From contig JAIOIH010000026.1 of assembly GCA_019912395.1 (NCBI GenBank), forward strand, positions 20,812 to 84,811: 64,000 bases of DNA, in the 5' to 3' direction. Positions 40,331 through 49,479 of this stretch are shown here, in pieces. The DNA is from Flavobacteriales bacterium (lineage in GTDB: Bacteria > Bacteroidota > Bacteroidia > Flavobacteriales_F > PHOS-HE28). A program made the translations under genes and the position numbers. The notes below the pieces were generated by a model that saw only the letters and a program-made list of their open reading frames with translations, was not told where the DNA came from and ran no database searches. Numbering within the stretch: the first letter of the stretch is position 1; the number at the start of each line of letters is the position of its first letter.

Positions 40331-40374
40331 CGCCTTCGCATCCCCAACCGCGCCAGCGGTTGGGGATGCGAAGG
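40331..40374 (+). terminator. Intrinsic terminator after ssrA
   Basis: Perfect 19-bp inverted repeat GCCTTCGCATCCCCAACCG / CGGTTGGGGATGCGAAGGC with a 6-nt loop, followed by a T-rich stretch (GGTATTTTCATTTTC). Confidence 0.7.
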
Positions 40375-40471
40375 CGGGCAGTGGTATTTTCATTTTCTAC
40401 GAAGCCTGAACGGAATGCGCATCTTTCGTTCCGCTTCGCCAACGTCTTACTGACAAACGCCATTTCCATCG

Positions 40472-40717
40472 ATGGACCTGCCGTACTATGTGTACATTCT
40501 CCTTTGTGCAGATCAGCGCTACTATGTGGGTTGCACGAGTGTTAGGTTGAAACGATTGGCACGACATGAGAAGGGCTTGGTTACCTCCACAATCGGAAGG
40601 CTTCCAGTTATCTGTGTGTCCACTATCGGCTTCATTGATAAGTCGAAGGCATTTGCATTTGAGAACTATTTGAAATCCGGATCAGGGCGCGCCTTCATGG
40701 GGCGTCACTTGATATAG
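40472..40717 (+). CDS. GIY-YIG nuclease family small protein
   Basis: 81 aa. N-terminus YYVYILLCADQRYYVGCTS...RLARHEKG fits the GIY-YIG core. Lower GC than its surroundings. Confidence 0.7.
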   Translation: MDLPYYVYILLCADQRYYVGCTSVRLKRLARHEKGLVTSTIGRLPVICVSTIGFIDKSKAFAFENYLKSGSGRAFMGRHLI

Positions 40718-40768
40718 ATCGGGATGCTCGCGCGGAAATCGCTTCCGCATACGCACAGTACTACGCCT

Positions 40769-41338
40769 TCAAAAGCCGATCCCAACGCCAGCACTGAAGA
40801 TGGGGCCCGTGGCGTAATAGATGCTGTTCGGATCCTGAAGCACCTCGAACAAAACTTGCAGATAAAAGGAACTGCTCGAACTGATCGGTTGCACATAGCC
40901 TGCACCCACCAGCAAGTGTGGTACCCAGATCCGTCCCAAGTCATTATTGAAGTTGTAGTAGGACTCGGTGTTCATATGCAGGAATTCCGCATGCAGAAAG
41001 GCCTGCTCGATCACCCGATATCGTGTGAAGACCCGGTAGCCGTACGAACTGAGCTCAAAAGGGGGTGAATAGCGGTTGTCCTGGTAATAGGTATAGCTGG
41101 GACCGAGACCGGCTGACACCTTGCGCGGCCGGTCCAAATAGATGCCCACCACCGGATCCAACTGAACGGCCGTGATGGTGCCGAAGCTCAATCCGATCCC
41201 TCCGCCGAACCACAGGCGGTCCTTGAAGGGAATGGGCTTCTCGGTCGGCTTATCCTGCACGTAGGCCGTACTGTCCTGCGCTTGTAGCAGTGGTGCCACC
41301 GAGAACAGAAACACAAGAGCGATCAAGTGTCGGATCAT
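40769..41338 (-). CDS. Secreted / outer-membrane protein (beta-barrel-like), hypothetical
   Basis: Trimmed to the signal peptide MIRHLIALVFLFSVAPLLQAQD. Alternating aromatic/glycine strands (WFGGGIGLSFG...GAGYVQP...ATGPIFSAGVGIGF). Confidence 0.4.
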   Translation of the reverse strand: MIRHLIALVFLFSVAPLLQAQDSTAYVQDKPTEKPIPFKDRLWFGGGIGLSFGTITAVQLDPVVGIYLDRPRKVSAGLGPSYTYYQDNRYSPPFELSSYGYRVFTRYRVIEQAFLHAEFLHMNTESYYNFNNDLGRIWVPHLLVGAGYVQPISSSSSFYLQVLFEVLQDPNSIYYATGPIFSAGVGIGF

Positions 41339-42822
41339 GGCGCCGAAGGTAAGCGGGACGTTCCCTGCGGACGACTTTCGTACAGCTTCCAGACCGGTTT
41401 GGCATCCTCCCAGGCGTACCATTCCAGTGCGATCTGCTTCCACCGGGGCAGTGCATTGCCCACCTCGGACCAGTACTGGCCTTCCATGCTTTCGCAGTTC
41501 GGCCTAGGCTGGTCGGTCACCAACAATTCGATAGTGCCGGGAGATCGGGACATCAGGTTGCACGGTGCGTCGATCAAGGTGTCGGAGGCGGTTGGGGACA
41601 GGTAGAAACGCGGGATCCGAATATCCCAAACGGTCGTGTTGTCCGCTACATAGTTCAGGCGAACGACCTCACCGGGGAAGTGGCTCCGGACCAGTTTCGC
41701 CAGGCGAGTGCGTCCGCTTCCGGCCGGAGCGAGGATCACCGCCACCAGCGCTGCCGAATTGATCACGATCACTATGGCGAGCAATGGTTTGAGCACACCC
41801 GCAGGTACGGCGCTCCACACCTTGCGTTCACGCCAAACGGCCCACGCTTGGATCAGCATCAGGGGCAGCAGGTCCGCAAGCGGATGGAGGAAGCGGAGGT
41901 CCTTGTGCGCCAAGGCCAAATGCAGCACCAGAAAGGGGACGGTCACCCAGACGAGGATGTGCTTCGGCCTGAACGCCAATAGCGTCGCGAATGCGGCGAG
42001 GATCGCGAGGCCGAATGGGGGGGTGGCGAACTTCACCACCCAAGCGGGATAGTACCACCAGGCATAGGAAATGAAGCGATGGTCGCCGGTACCTGCGATC
42101 CCTTGGCGGAGGTAATTCCATGCAGTGATCACGGGCTCGTTGTAGTACCAACTATCCAGGGCAATACCCGCCAACACCATCACGGCGATGCCGATGAGGA
42201 ACTGAAGGATGCTTTGGAGGTGTTCCCGCTTCACCACGGCCAACCAGAGCACGATGCCCAAGGCCATGGCCAAGGTGGGCGGGCGGCAGAGAAAGGCCAA
42301 GCCCAACCAGAGCCCGCAGCGCAGGTGCCGCCCAGCGCGGTCTTCCCCGGAAAGCAACGCGGCCAAGGCCAACAGCACGAAAAGCCCGGACCAGGTCTCG
42401 CCAGTGAAGCGCACATGGAGGAACGGCAGGAACCACAAAAGGAACGAGAGCAGCAGGAAGGGTGTCCAAAGGTTTTCCGGCACCCTGTGCCGCACGGCTT
42501 TCACGAACGTGTACACGGCCAACAGCGCTGCCAACGCCGTGATCAACCGCAACAGGAAGGCCAGCACGAACGGTGAGGTCACGCCCACCATTGCGGCCAT
42601 CTTGAAGATCACCAAGCAAGCCGATGGCAACAGCGCGGACCGGATGTGCGCCGCATATTCCCAAGGCAGCCCGCTCACCGGCTGGTGCCCGAGCCGGGCC
42701 TCCGCGAAGGCGATCACCTGGTAGTGCTCATCGGCGCTCTGGAAACCCGTGCTGAACCAAGCCGCAACAAGATGCACGACAAGGGCCGCAAGCAGGATCC
42801 AACGGGTGCGAGTGCTGAGCAT
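41335..42822 (-). CDS. Polytopic membrane GT-C-fold glycosyltransferase (mannosyltransferase-like, PIG-B/Alg9/GT22-type)
   Basis: 495 aa, about 11 TM helices. N-terminal SADEHYQVIAFAE loop motif. C-terminal soluble domain. The stop overlaps the downstream gene start by 4 nt. Confidence 0.55.
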   Translation of the reverse strand: MLSTRTRWILLAALVVHLVAAWFSTGFQSADEHYQVIAFAEARLGHQPVSGLPWEYAAHIRSALLPSACLVIFKMAAMVGVTSPFVLAFLLRLITALAALLAVYTFVKAVRHRVPENLWTPFLLLSFLLWFLPFLHVRFTGETWSGLFVLLALAALLSGEDRAGRHLRCGLWLGLAFLCRPPTLAMALGIVLWLAVVKREHLQSILQFLIGIAVMVLAGIALDSWYYNEPVITAWNYLRQGIAGTGDHRFISYAWWYYPAWVVKFATPPFGLAILAAFATLLAFRPKHILVWVTVPFLVLHLALAHKDLRFLHPLADLLPLMLIQAWAVWRERKVWSAVPAGVLKPLLAIVIVINSAALVAVILAPAGSGRTRLAKLVRSHFPGEVVRLNYVADNTTVWDIRIPRFYLSPTASDTLIDAPCNLMSRSPGTIELLVTDQPRPNCESMEGQYWSEVGNALPRWKQIALEWYAWEDAKPVWKLYESRPQGTSRLPSAP

Positions 42823-42853
42823 GCCCCGCGAAGATGCGGCGATCGCGCCACGC

Positions 42854-44077
42854 TCACTTCATCCCCTTCTCCAACCCTTCCCGCAGCGCGGCCATGAAGG
42901 CTTCGCTGGTGAGGTACTGGTCCGGGCCCACTTTGCTGCCGTGGATGCACACTGCGAGGTCCTTGGTCATCTTGCCGGCTTCCACGGTCCGGATGCAGAC
43001 GGCCTCCAACCTGTGGGCGAAGTCGATGAGTGCTTGGTTGCCGTCCAGCTTGCCCCGGAAGGCGAGGCCGCGCGTCCAGGCGAAGATGCTGGCGATGGGG
43101 TTGGTGCTGGTGGGCTTGCCCTGTTCGTGCTGGCGGAAGTGACGGGTCACGGTGCCGTGGGCGGCCTCCGCTTCCATGGTCTTGCCGTCGGGGGTGATCA
43201 GCACGCTGGTCATCAGGCCGAGTGAGCCGAAACCCTGTGCCACGATGTCGCTCTGCACATCGCCATCGTAGTTCTTGCAGGCCCATATGAAGCCGCCGCT
43301 CCACTTCATCGCCGCCGCTACCATATCGTCGATCAAGCGGTGCTCGTAGGTGATCCCGGCCTTATCGAAATCGGCCTTGTAGTGCTTCTGGAAAATCTCC
43401 TCGAAGATGTCCTTGAAACGGCCGTCGTATTGCTTCAGGATGGTGTTCTTGGTGCTCAGGTAGAGCGGCCATTTTTTCTCCAGCGCCAGATTGAAGCAGC
43501 TATGGGCGAAGCCATCGATGCTTTCGTCCGTGTTGTACATGCTCATCGCCACGCCGTCCCCCTTGAACTGGTAAACTTCCCAAGTGGTGGGGTCGCCTTC
43601 CTCCGGCGTGAAGGTCATGGTGAGCTTGCCCTTGCCCTTGATCACCACGTCGGTGGCCTTGTACTGATCGCCGAAGGCGTGGCGACCGATCACGATGGGC
43701 TTGGTCCAACCCGGAACCAGGCGCGGGATGTTGCTGATGACGATGGGCTCGCGGAACACGGTGCCGCCGAGGATGTTGCGGATGGTGCCGTTGGGGCTCT
43801 TCCACATCTGCTTCAGGCCGAACTCCTTCACCCGTGCCTCGTCCGGCGTGATGGTGGCGCACTTGATGCCCACATGATGCTTCTGGATCGCATGGGCGGC
43901 ATCCACGGTCACTTGGTCGTCGGTGGCATCGCGGTGTTGGATGCCGAGGTCGAAGTAGTCCAATGGTACGTCCACGTATGGCAGGATCAGTTGGTCCTTG
44001 ATCCACTTCCAGATGATGCGGGTCATCTCATCGCCATCGATCTCCACCATGGGGTTCGCCACCTTGATCTTCTGCAT
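42854..44077 (-). CDS. icd: NADP-dependent isocitrate dehydrogenase (dimeric IDH1-type)
   Basis: 407 aa. [23 protein letters not shown]. Substrate site [23 protein letters not shown]. Confidence 0.92.
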   Translation of the reverse strand: MQKIKVANPMVEIDGDEMTRIIWKWIKDQLILPYVDVPLDYFDLGIQHRDATDDQVTVDAAHAIQKHHVGIKCATITPDEARVKEFGLKQMWKSPNGTIRNILGGTVFREPIVISNIPRLVPGWTKPIVIGRHAFGDQYKATDVVIKGKGKLTMTFTPEEGDPTTWEVYQFKGDGVAMSMYNTDESIDGFAHSCFNLALEKKWPLYLSTKNTILKQYDGRFKDIFEEIFQKHYKADFDKAGITYEHRLIDDMVAAAMKWSGGFIWACKNYDGDVQSDIVAQGFGSLGLMTSVLITPDGKTMEAEAAHGTVTRHFRQHEQGKPTSTNPIASIFAWTRGLAFRGKLDGNQALIDFAHRLEAVCIRTVEAGKMTKDLAVCIHGSKVGPDQYLTSEAFMAALREGLEKGMK

Positions 44078-44247
44078 GCTATCGGATTGTCGTGTTTAAC
44101 GGGCCGCGAAGGTACCTCGCCGCGTTGAACAAGAAGTTGTGATCGGTGACCGGTGATCGGGTGAGTGGACTCCCGACCCGAAGCCCTCGGTGTTTCCCCG
44201 TGCCTCCGTGACCCTGTGGTCTTCAAGTCTCACGACTCTCCGCCCAT

Positions 44248-46008
44248 CTATCCCAGATCCAGATCAAGGTCCTCCCGCAACTTCAACAAGGCCGGGTTCT
44301 TCTCCGCCATGATCATGAAGCGGTCCCTCGGGGTATAGCGTGGGCGCATGTTGGCGACTTCCCGCTTGATCACATCGAGTTCCAGGTCGGGGATCTCCAT
44401 CTCGCGGCGAAGATGTCCCAGCAACATGGGTTTCTCCTCGCGCATGTAATTCTCCTGCACGCTGTTCACGATGGTGAAGGAGATGCTGTGCGGGCCGATG
44501 ATCACGGGCTTGTTGGCGATCAGCGTGGCGTGCATGCTGCTCTTTCCCTGTTGCTTCAGGCCCTTGGCGTATTCGCCCCAGGTCTTCATCAGCAGGGCTT
44601 GATTGAGCTCGCGGCCGGGCCGATGGGCAGCTTTTCCCGTCGGTTGTTCGCCGGGGTGGTCCGCCAGGCTGGTGGATGCCGTTTCCGGGGAGGGGGCCAA
44701 ATGCTGCCGGATGGAAACCGCGCCGGCCATGCGCTTTTGGGGAGGCGCGGGACGGGATGGTCCGGGCGGGGGGTCGGCAGGCCGCTGATTCGGCGTGGGC
44801 TTGGCACTATTGGCAGCCGCAACTGGTGCTGAAGGGAGCGGGTCGGCGGTCACATCAGGACTTTTTTTTTCCACTTGCGGAACGGGCCCGTTGCCGTTAT
44901 GGCCAGCGATCGCATGCTTGCTGGTCTGGGCCAATTGGATCAATGCCAGTTCCACCAGCAGGCGCGGTTCCTTGCTGTTCTTGTACTGGGAATCGACCTG
45001 CCCAAGCCGGTCCAAACCTTGCACAAGGAGGTCACGCGGAACCGCTTCAGCCTGTGCGCCATAGCGTTCGCCCAGTTCCTCGCTCACTTCCAGGAGCGGA
45101 ATGGTGCGCAGGTCCTGGCTCACAAGCAGGTCGCGGAAGTGCCGTGCGAGGCCGGCGACGAAGAGATGGCCGTCGAAGCCTTGGTACAGGATATCGTTGA
45201 ACACCACCAAGGCACCAGCGGCATCCCCTTGGAGCAGGCTGTCCGTAATGTTGAAATAGTGCTCGTGGTCCAGCACGTTCAAATTCATCAGGACATCCGC
45301 ATAGGTCAGGTTGTCCCCGCCGAAACTGACGAGCTGGTCGAAGATGCTGAGCGCATCGCGCAATCCGCCATCGGCCTTTTGGGCGATGGTGTGCAGGGCT
45401 TGGGCCTCGGCTGTGATGCCCTCCTTCTTGGCGATCAAGGCCAAGTGCTTGGCGATGTCCGAAACGGTGATGCGCCGGAAATCGAACACTTGGCAACGCG
45501 AAAGAATGGTGGGGATGATCTTGTGCTTCTCGGTGGTCGCCAGGATGAAGATGGCGTAGGAGGGAGGTTCCTCAAGCGTCTTCAGGAAGGCATTGAAGGC
45601 CGCGGAGCTCAGCATGTGTACCTCGTCGATGATGTACACCTTCTTGGTCCCGATCTGCGGAGCGATCTGCACCTGCTGGATCAAGTTCCGGATATCCTCC
45701 ACACTGTTATTGCTGGCGGCGTCCAGCTCGAATATGTTGAGCGAATGGCCCTCATCGAAGCCCTTGCAGGAGAGGCATTCACCACAGGTGGAGAGGTCCT
45801 CGTTGAGCTTCTCGCAGTTGATGGTCTTGGCCAGAATGCGGGCACAGGTGGTCTTGCCCACGCCTCGTGGGCCGGTAAAGAGGAAGGCCTGCGCCACGTG
45901 GTTGTTCCGGACGGCGTTCTTCAGGGTACCGGTAACATGCTCTTGCCCCACGACCGAATCGAAGGTGTCGGGGCGGTATTTGCGGGCACTGACGACGTAA
46001 CGTTCCAT
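44248..46008 (-). CDS. dnaX: DNA polymerase III subunits tau/gamma
   Basis: Trimmed to MERYVVSARKYRPDTFDSVVGQEHV. Walker A GPRGVGKTT. Zinc module CEKLNEDLSTCGECLSC. Pro-rich linker after about residue 381. 586 aa. Confidence 0.9.
   Translation of the reverse strand: MERYVVSARKYRPDTFDSVVGQEHVTGTLKNAVRNNHVAQAFLFTGPRGVGKTTCARILAKTINCEKLNEDLSTCGECLSCKGFDEGHSLNIFELDAASNNSVEDIRNLIQQVQIAPQIGTKKVYIIDEVHMLSSAAFNAFLKTLEEPPSYAIFILATTEKHKIIPTILSRCQVFDFRRITVSDIAKHLALIAKKEGITAEAQALHTIAQKADGGLRDALSIFDQLVSFGGDNLTYADVLMNLNVLDHEHYFNITDSLLQGDAAGALVVFNDILYQGFDGHLFVAGLARHFRDLLVSQDLRTIPLLEVSEELGERYGAQAEAVPRDLLVQGLDRLGQVDSQYKNSKEPRLLVELALIQLAQTSKHAIAGHNGNGPVPQVEKKSPDVTADPLPSAPVAAANSAKPTPNQRPADPPPGPSRPAPPQKRMAGAVSIRQHLAPSPETASTSLADHPGEQPTGKAAHRPGRELNQALLMKTWGEYAKGLKQQGKSSMHATLIANKPVIIGPHSISFTIVNSVQENYMREEKPMLLGHLRREMEIPDLELDVIKREVANMRPRYTPRDRFMIMAEKNPALLKLREDLDLDLG
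44862..44870 (-). other. A9 homopolymer (mRNA sense) inside dnaX: a candidate programmed -1 frameshift / transcriptional-slippage site for a gamma-length product
   Basis: The coding strand reads G GAA AAA AAA AGT CCT GAT GTG A (..VEKKSPDV..). The -1 frame, or +1A slippage, gives AAG TCC TGA (K-S-stop). The +1 frame, or -1A, gives GTC CTG ATG TGA (V-L-M-stop). The site is at about codon 380 of 586. Confidence 0.5.
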
Positions 46009-46348
46009 GGGCGGGGCTAAGATACGTGCGCTGCCGCGTTTGCCTACGTGCGAAACATGAAAGTGGAAGTGTGAAACGGTCCGGTGTACGGGCTCAGCGC
46101 AGGGTGGCAGCCCCCAACGATCGGCCGCGGTCCAATTCCCCACTGCCGTCCCCTGCCACGCAGGGTTGCGAGAGTCCAATAAAGTACCACTTAGGTGAAA
46201 GGCATTCCACAACCCCGATCGCCCGGACCTCACTTCATCATCTGCTTTTCGGCGTGATCCGCGTTCCATGTCGCCTCCTATTGAGCAAGGCAATCCGCTT
46301 TCGGAGCATCCGATTTTCCGAACTTCGGATCCGATCCCATAAAACTTC

Positions 46349-46356
46349 TACATTTG
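46349..46356 (+). promoter_or_regulatory. Bacteroidota-type -7 promoter element (TAnnTTTG) upstream of rpsF
   Basis: TACATTTG about 25 nt upstream of the rpsF ATG. No Shine-Dalgarno sequence, as is typical of the phylum. Confidence 0.25.
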
Positions 46357-46380
46357 CACCCCAAATTTACCAAGAGGCAC

Positions 46381-46758
46381 ATGACCAACCGGTACGAGAC
46401 CGTCTTCATTCTTACTCCCGTTTTGTCCGAGGACCAGACAAAGGAGGCGGTTACCAAATTCAAAGACCTTCTCAAAGAGGGCAATGGCACGGTCCGCCAT
46501 GAAGAGAACTGGGGGATGCGCAAGCTCGCCTATCCCATCCAGAAGAAGTCCTCGGGCTTCTACCACCTGATCGAGTTCGAGAGCGACCCGTCGCTCATCG
46601 CCAAGCTCGAGACCGAATACCGCCGCGACGAACGGGTGATCCGTTTCCTCACTGTGGCCATGGACAAGCACCATATCGCGTTCGCCGAAAGCCGCCCCGC
46701 CCGGGGTGGTGAGGGCGGCACCGGTCGTGCTCCGCGTAAAAAGAAGGATAACGCCTGA
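46381..46758 (+). CDS. rpsF: 30S ribosomal protein S6
   Basis: Trimmed to [20 protein letters not shown]-terminal acidic/glycine-rich tail. Confidence 0.92.
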   Translation: MTNRYETVFILTPVLSEDQTKEAVTKFKDLLKEGNGTVRHEENWGMRKLAYPIQKKSSGFYHLIEFESDPSLIAKLETEYRRDERVIRFLTVAMDKHHIAFAESRPARGGEGGTGRAPRKKKDNA

Positions 46759-46769
46759 ACACAACGGAA

Positions 46770-47099
46770 ATGAGCGAAGAAACGACCACTTCCGCCGCAC
46801 CGGCATCCACACCGGCACCCGCGAAAACGGGTGGAGGCGCCAGCAATGAGATCCGCTACCTCACGCCGATCTCCATCGAGACCAAGAAGGACAAGTACTG
46901 CCGCTTCAAGAAGCTCGGTATCACCTACATCGATTACAAGGACGCGGACTTTCTGCTGCGCTTGGTGAACGAACAGGGCAAGATCCTGCCCCGTCGCCTC
47001 ACCGGCACCAGCCAGAAGTACCAGAAGCGCGTGGCCCAAGCCGTGAAACGCAGCCGCCACCTCGCCCTGATGCCGTACGTGGCCGATATGCTCAAGTAA
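46770..47099 (+). CDS. rpsR: 30S ribosomal protein S18
   Basis: ...[61 protein letters not shown]. Confidence 0.92.
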   Translation: MSEETTTSAAPASTPAPAKTGGGASNEIRYLTPISIETKKDKYCRFKKLGITYIDYKDADFLLRLVNEQGKILPRRLTGTSQKYQKRVAQAVKRSRHLALMPYVADMLK

Positions 47100-47111
47100 G
47101 AACACACGACC

Positions 47112-47558
47112 ATGGAAGTGATCCTCAAACAAGACGTGGAGCATCTCGGTTTCGCCAATGACCTGGTGAAAGTGAAGGACGGCTACGCCCGAAATTTCCT
47201 GCTCCCCCGCAAGCTGGCCGTGGCCGCCACCCCCAGCGAGCGCAAGCAGCTCACCGAGACCCTCAAGCAGCGCGCCCACAAGGAGACCAAACTCCGCGAT
47301 GAGGCCGACAAGAACGCCGCCAAGCTCATCGACCAGACCATCAAGATCGGAGCAAAGGTGGGCGAGAAGGGCCGCATCTTCGGCAGCGTGAACACCATCA
47401 TGCTCAGCGATGCCTTCAAGCAGCTCGGCATCGACCTGGACCGCAAGTACATCAAGCTGAAAGGCGAGGCCATCAAGACCATCGGCACCTACGAGGCCGA
47501 AGTGACCTTCCACCGCGATGTGGTCAAGACCATTTCTTTCGAAGTGGTCGAAGAGTGA
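47112..47558 (+). CDS. rplI: 50S ribosomal protein L9
   Basis: MEVILKQDVEHLGFANDLVKVKDGYARNFLLPRKLA. 148 aa. Confidence 0.92.
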   Translation: MEVILKQDVEHLGFANDLVKVKDGYARNFLLPRKLAVAATPSERKQLTETLKQRAHKETKLRDEADKNAAKLIDQTIKIGAKVGEKGRIFGSVNTIMLSDAFKQLGIDLDRKYIKLKGEAIKTIGTYEAEVTFHRDVVKTISFEVVEE

Positions 47559-47580
47559 GCTTGTAGTCAATACCAATGAA

Positions 47581-47615
47581 AAGGGCCGTTTCGTGAAGAG
47601 GCGGCCCTTTTTTGA
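47581..47615 (+). terminator. Putative intrinsic terminator after rplI
   Basis: AAGGGCCG...CGGCCCTT 8-bp stem with a roughly 13-nt loop, followed by TTTTTT. Confidence 0.5.
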
Positions 47616-47628
47616 TGCCCGTCCCTCA

Positions 47629-48000
47629 AGTTGCATGGCCATGCAAGTGTCGATCTACAGGCCGATGAATGAGATTGTGTCACGCACGCATTTCCTTCCG
47701 AATGTGCCCCGACCTGCATCCGATCATGGAAAGCGTCCATGATGTGGGATGCTCCTGGCCCGGTGACCCAATGCCTCCTGCGGTGCGCTTTCTGACAGTT
47801 GCATGGCCATGCAAGTGTCGATCTACAGGCCGATGAACGAGATTGCGTCACGCATGCATTTCCTTCCGAATGTGCCCCGATCTGCATCCGGTCGTGGAAA
47901 GCCTCCATGGTGTGGATGCTCTTCGCACGGTTACCCCAATACCTCCTGCGGTGCGCTTCCTGACAGTTGCATGGCCATGCAACTGTCGTCCAACAATACC
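47629..48000. repeat. 168-bp tandem direct repeat, about 2.2 copies at roughly 90 % identity. Each unit begins with the perfect 16-bp palindrome TTGCATGGCCATGCAA.
   Basis: Unit starts (AGTTGCATGGCCATGCAA) at 47629, 47797 and 47965. The third copy is truncated after about 35 bp. Overlapping track ORFs (47518..47742, 47803..48165, 47567..48091) merely translate the repeat. Confidence 0.8.
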
Positions 48001-48061
48001 AAACCTCGAGCAGTCCGCGAAGCGTTTTCGCTTTTCCCGAACGCGTGTAGCTTTCGCCGCC

Positions 48062-49366
48062 ATGTCCGAAGCCGACCTCGAACAGCAACAATTGCTGAAA
48101 TTCCTATCCCGCTTGGGCCAGGCCGAACTCGCTGCAGGCAATGCCGTTGCGTTGGTAGAGCGTGACTTGGGCCAGATCGCCAGGCGCAATGGTCAGGAGA
48201 ACACGGTGGTCTTCGCGTTGCCCACCGTGCTGATCGTCCAATCCGCGGAAGGGCAGGAGCATCGCGTACACCTCACCCCCGGTCCATACCGCGTTGGGGA
48301 CCTGCGCTTCGATCAGATGGAAGGGGTGTTGGAGATTGCACGGGAAGCCCGGTCGGGTAGGATCACTCCGGCCCAAGGGCTGCGGAAATTGGATGCGGTC
48401 TGGCGCATGAAGCACCGCTATGGCGATGCGGGTTTTGTGCTGGGCTACCTCGTAACCACCATCGGCATTGCCCTGATCCTGCGGCCCACATGGACCGGCT
48501 TGGGCTATGTGGCCGGGCTGGGCCTGGCCTGTGCACTGTTGCTGGTGGCAGTGCGGAGGCAACCCGTATGGAATGCAGTGATGCCCGTAGTGGCGGCCTT
48601 CCTGCTCTCCGCCGCCGTTGCCGTGATGTACCGGTTCGGTGTGCGTGAACCGGCGTTGCAACTATTGATCCCGCCGTTGATCATTTTCCTGCCGGGCAAC
48701 ATGCTCACTGTGGCGGTGGTGGAACTGGCCTTTGCGAACATTGTTTCCGGCGCATCGCGCATGGTGGCCGGGTTCACCCAGCTGATCCTGCTGGCCTTTG
48801 GACTTTTGGGCGGCTTCAAGGCCTTCGGCGGTGAATTCCCCTCGGATCTTGGTAACACGGACCGGCTGGCTCCGTGGTTGGCTTGGGCCGGCGTGGTGCT
48901 GTTCGCCTTGGGCTTGCACCTGTTCAAGAGCAGCCGCAGGCGGTCACTCCTTTGGATGATGGCCACCATGTTGATGGCCTTCCTCGGACAGAACATCGCG
49001 GGAAGATTCCTCGACGGTTCCTCCACGGCATTCTTCGGCGCGGCGGTGATGACCATCACGGCCCTGGTGATCGAATACCGCTTGAAAGGCCCTCCGGCAT
49101 TGGTCTCCATCATCCCGGCCTTCTGGCTGCTGGCGCCCGGTTCCTTCGGCCTGGTCAGTGTCACCACCATGGCGATGGATGGCCAGGGCACGGCGGGAAG
49201 CATATTGCAGCTACTTTTCATTCTCACCGCGATCGCCACGGGTTGCTTGATCGGGGCCTTCGTGTATAGCGGCCTGCTCCATGTGCGCAAGGCGCGCTGG
49301 TGGCGCTCCGACCCGTTGCCGCCCGGAGGCATCACGGGAACCGGAGGGAACGGGGACCACCTTTGA
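48062..49366 (+). CDS. Threonine/serine exporter (ThrE) family membrane protein
   Basis: Trimmed to ATG 48062 ([19 protein letters not shown]). Soluble N-terminal region then about 10 TM helices (ThrE/DUF1212 + DUF3815-like organisation). The track start 47843 lies inside the tandem repeat. Confidence 0.6.
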   Translation: MSEADLEQQQLLKFLSRLGQAELAAGNAVALVERDLGQIARRNGQENTVVFALPTVLIVQSAEGQEHRVHLTPGPYRVGDLRFDQMEGVLEIAREARSGRITPAQGLRKLDAVWRMKHRYGDAGFVLGYLVTTIGIALILRPTWTGLGYVAGLGLACALLLVAVRRQPVWNAVMPVVAAFLLSAAVAVMYRFGVREPALQLLIPPLIIFLPGNMLTVAVVELAFANIVSGASRMVAGFTQLILLAFGLLGGFKAFGGEFPSDLGNTDRLAPWLAWAGVVLFALGLHLFKSSRRRSLLWMMATMLMAFLGQNIAGRFLDGSSTAFFGAAVMTITALVIEYRLKGPPALVSIIPAFWLLAPGSFGLVSVTTMAMDGQGTAGSILQLLFILTAIATGCLIGAFVYSGLLHVRKARWWRSDPLPPGGITGTGGNGDHL

Positions 49367-49479
49367 AGGAATATGTTCACCCCGGGTCATCCGCCGCGCA
49401 GCGGTGGACCCTGGAAGCAAATGGAGCGCTCATCCTGCTTCGTACCTTTGCGGCCGTAAAACCTATCGCACAGTTCAGC

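Noticed and set aside
46009-46380. Possible SRP RNA (ffs) in the 370-bp dnaX-rpsF intergenic region, as ffs neighbours dnaX in several bacteria
   Set aside because: I could not find the conserved domain IV motif (GGAA tetraloop with flanking AGG / AGCAG symmetric loop) on either strand. A covariance-model scan would settle it.
47629-48000. The 168-bp tandem repeat as a CRISPR array
   Set aside because: The units are contiguous, 168 bp long and about 90 % identical, with no unique spacers. No cas genes are nearby.
47518-48165. Small ORFs beginning MAMQVSIYRPMNEI... (two copies)
   Set aside because: They are translations of the tandem repeat units and lie in the rplI terminator / intergenic region. 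There is no independent coding evidence.
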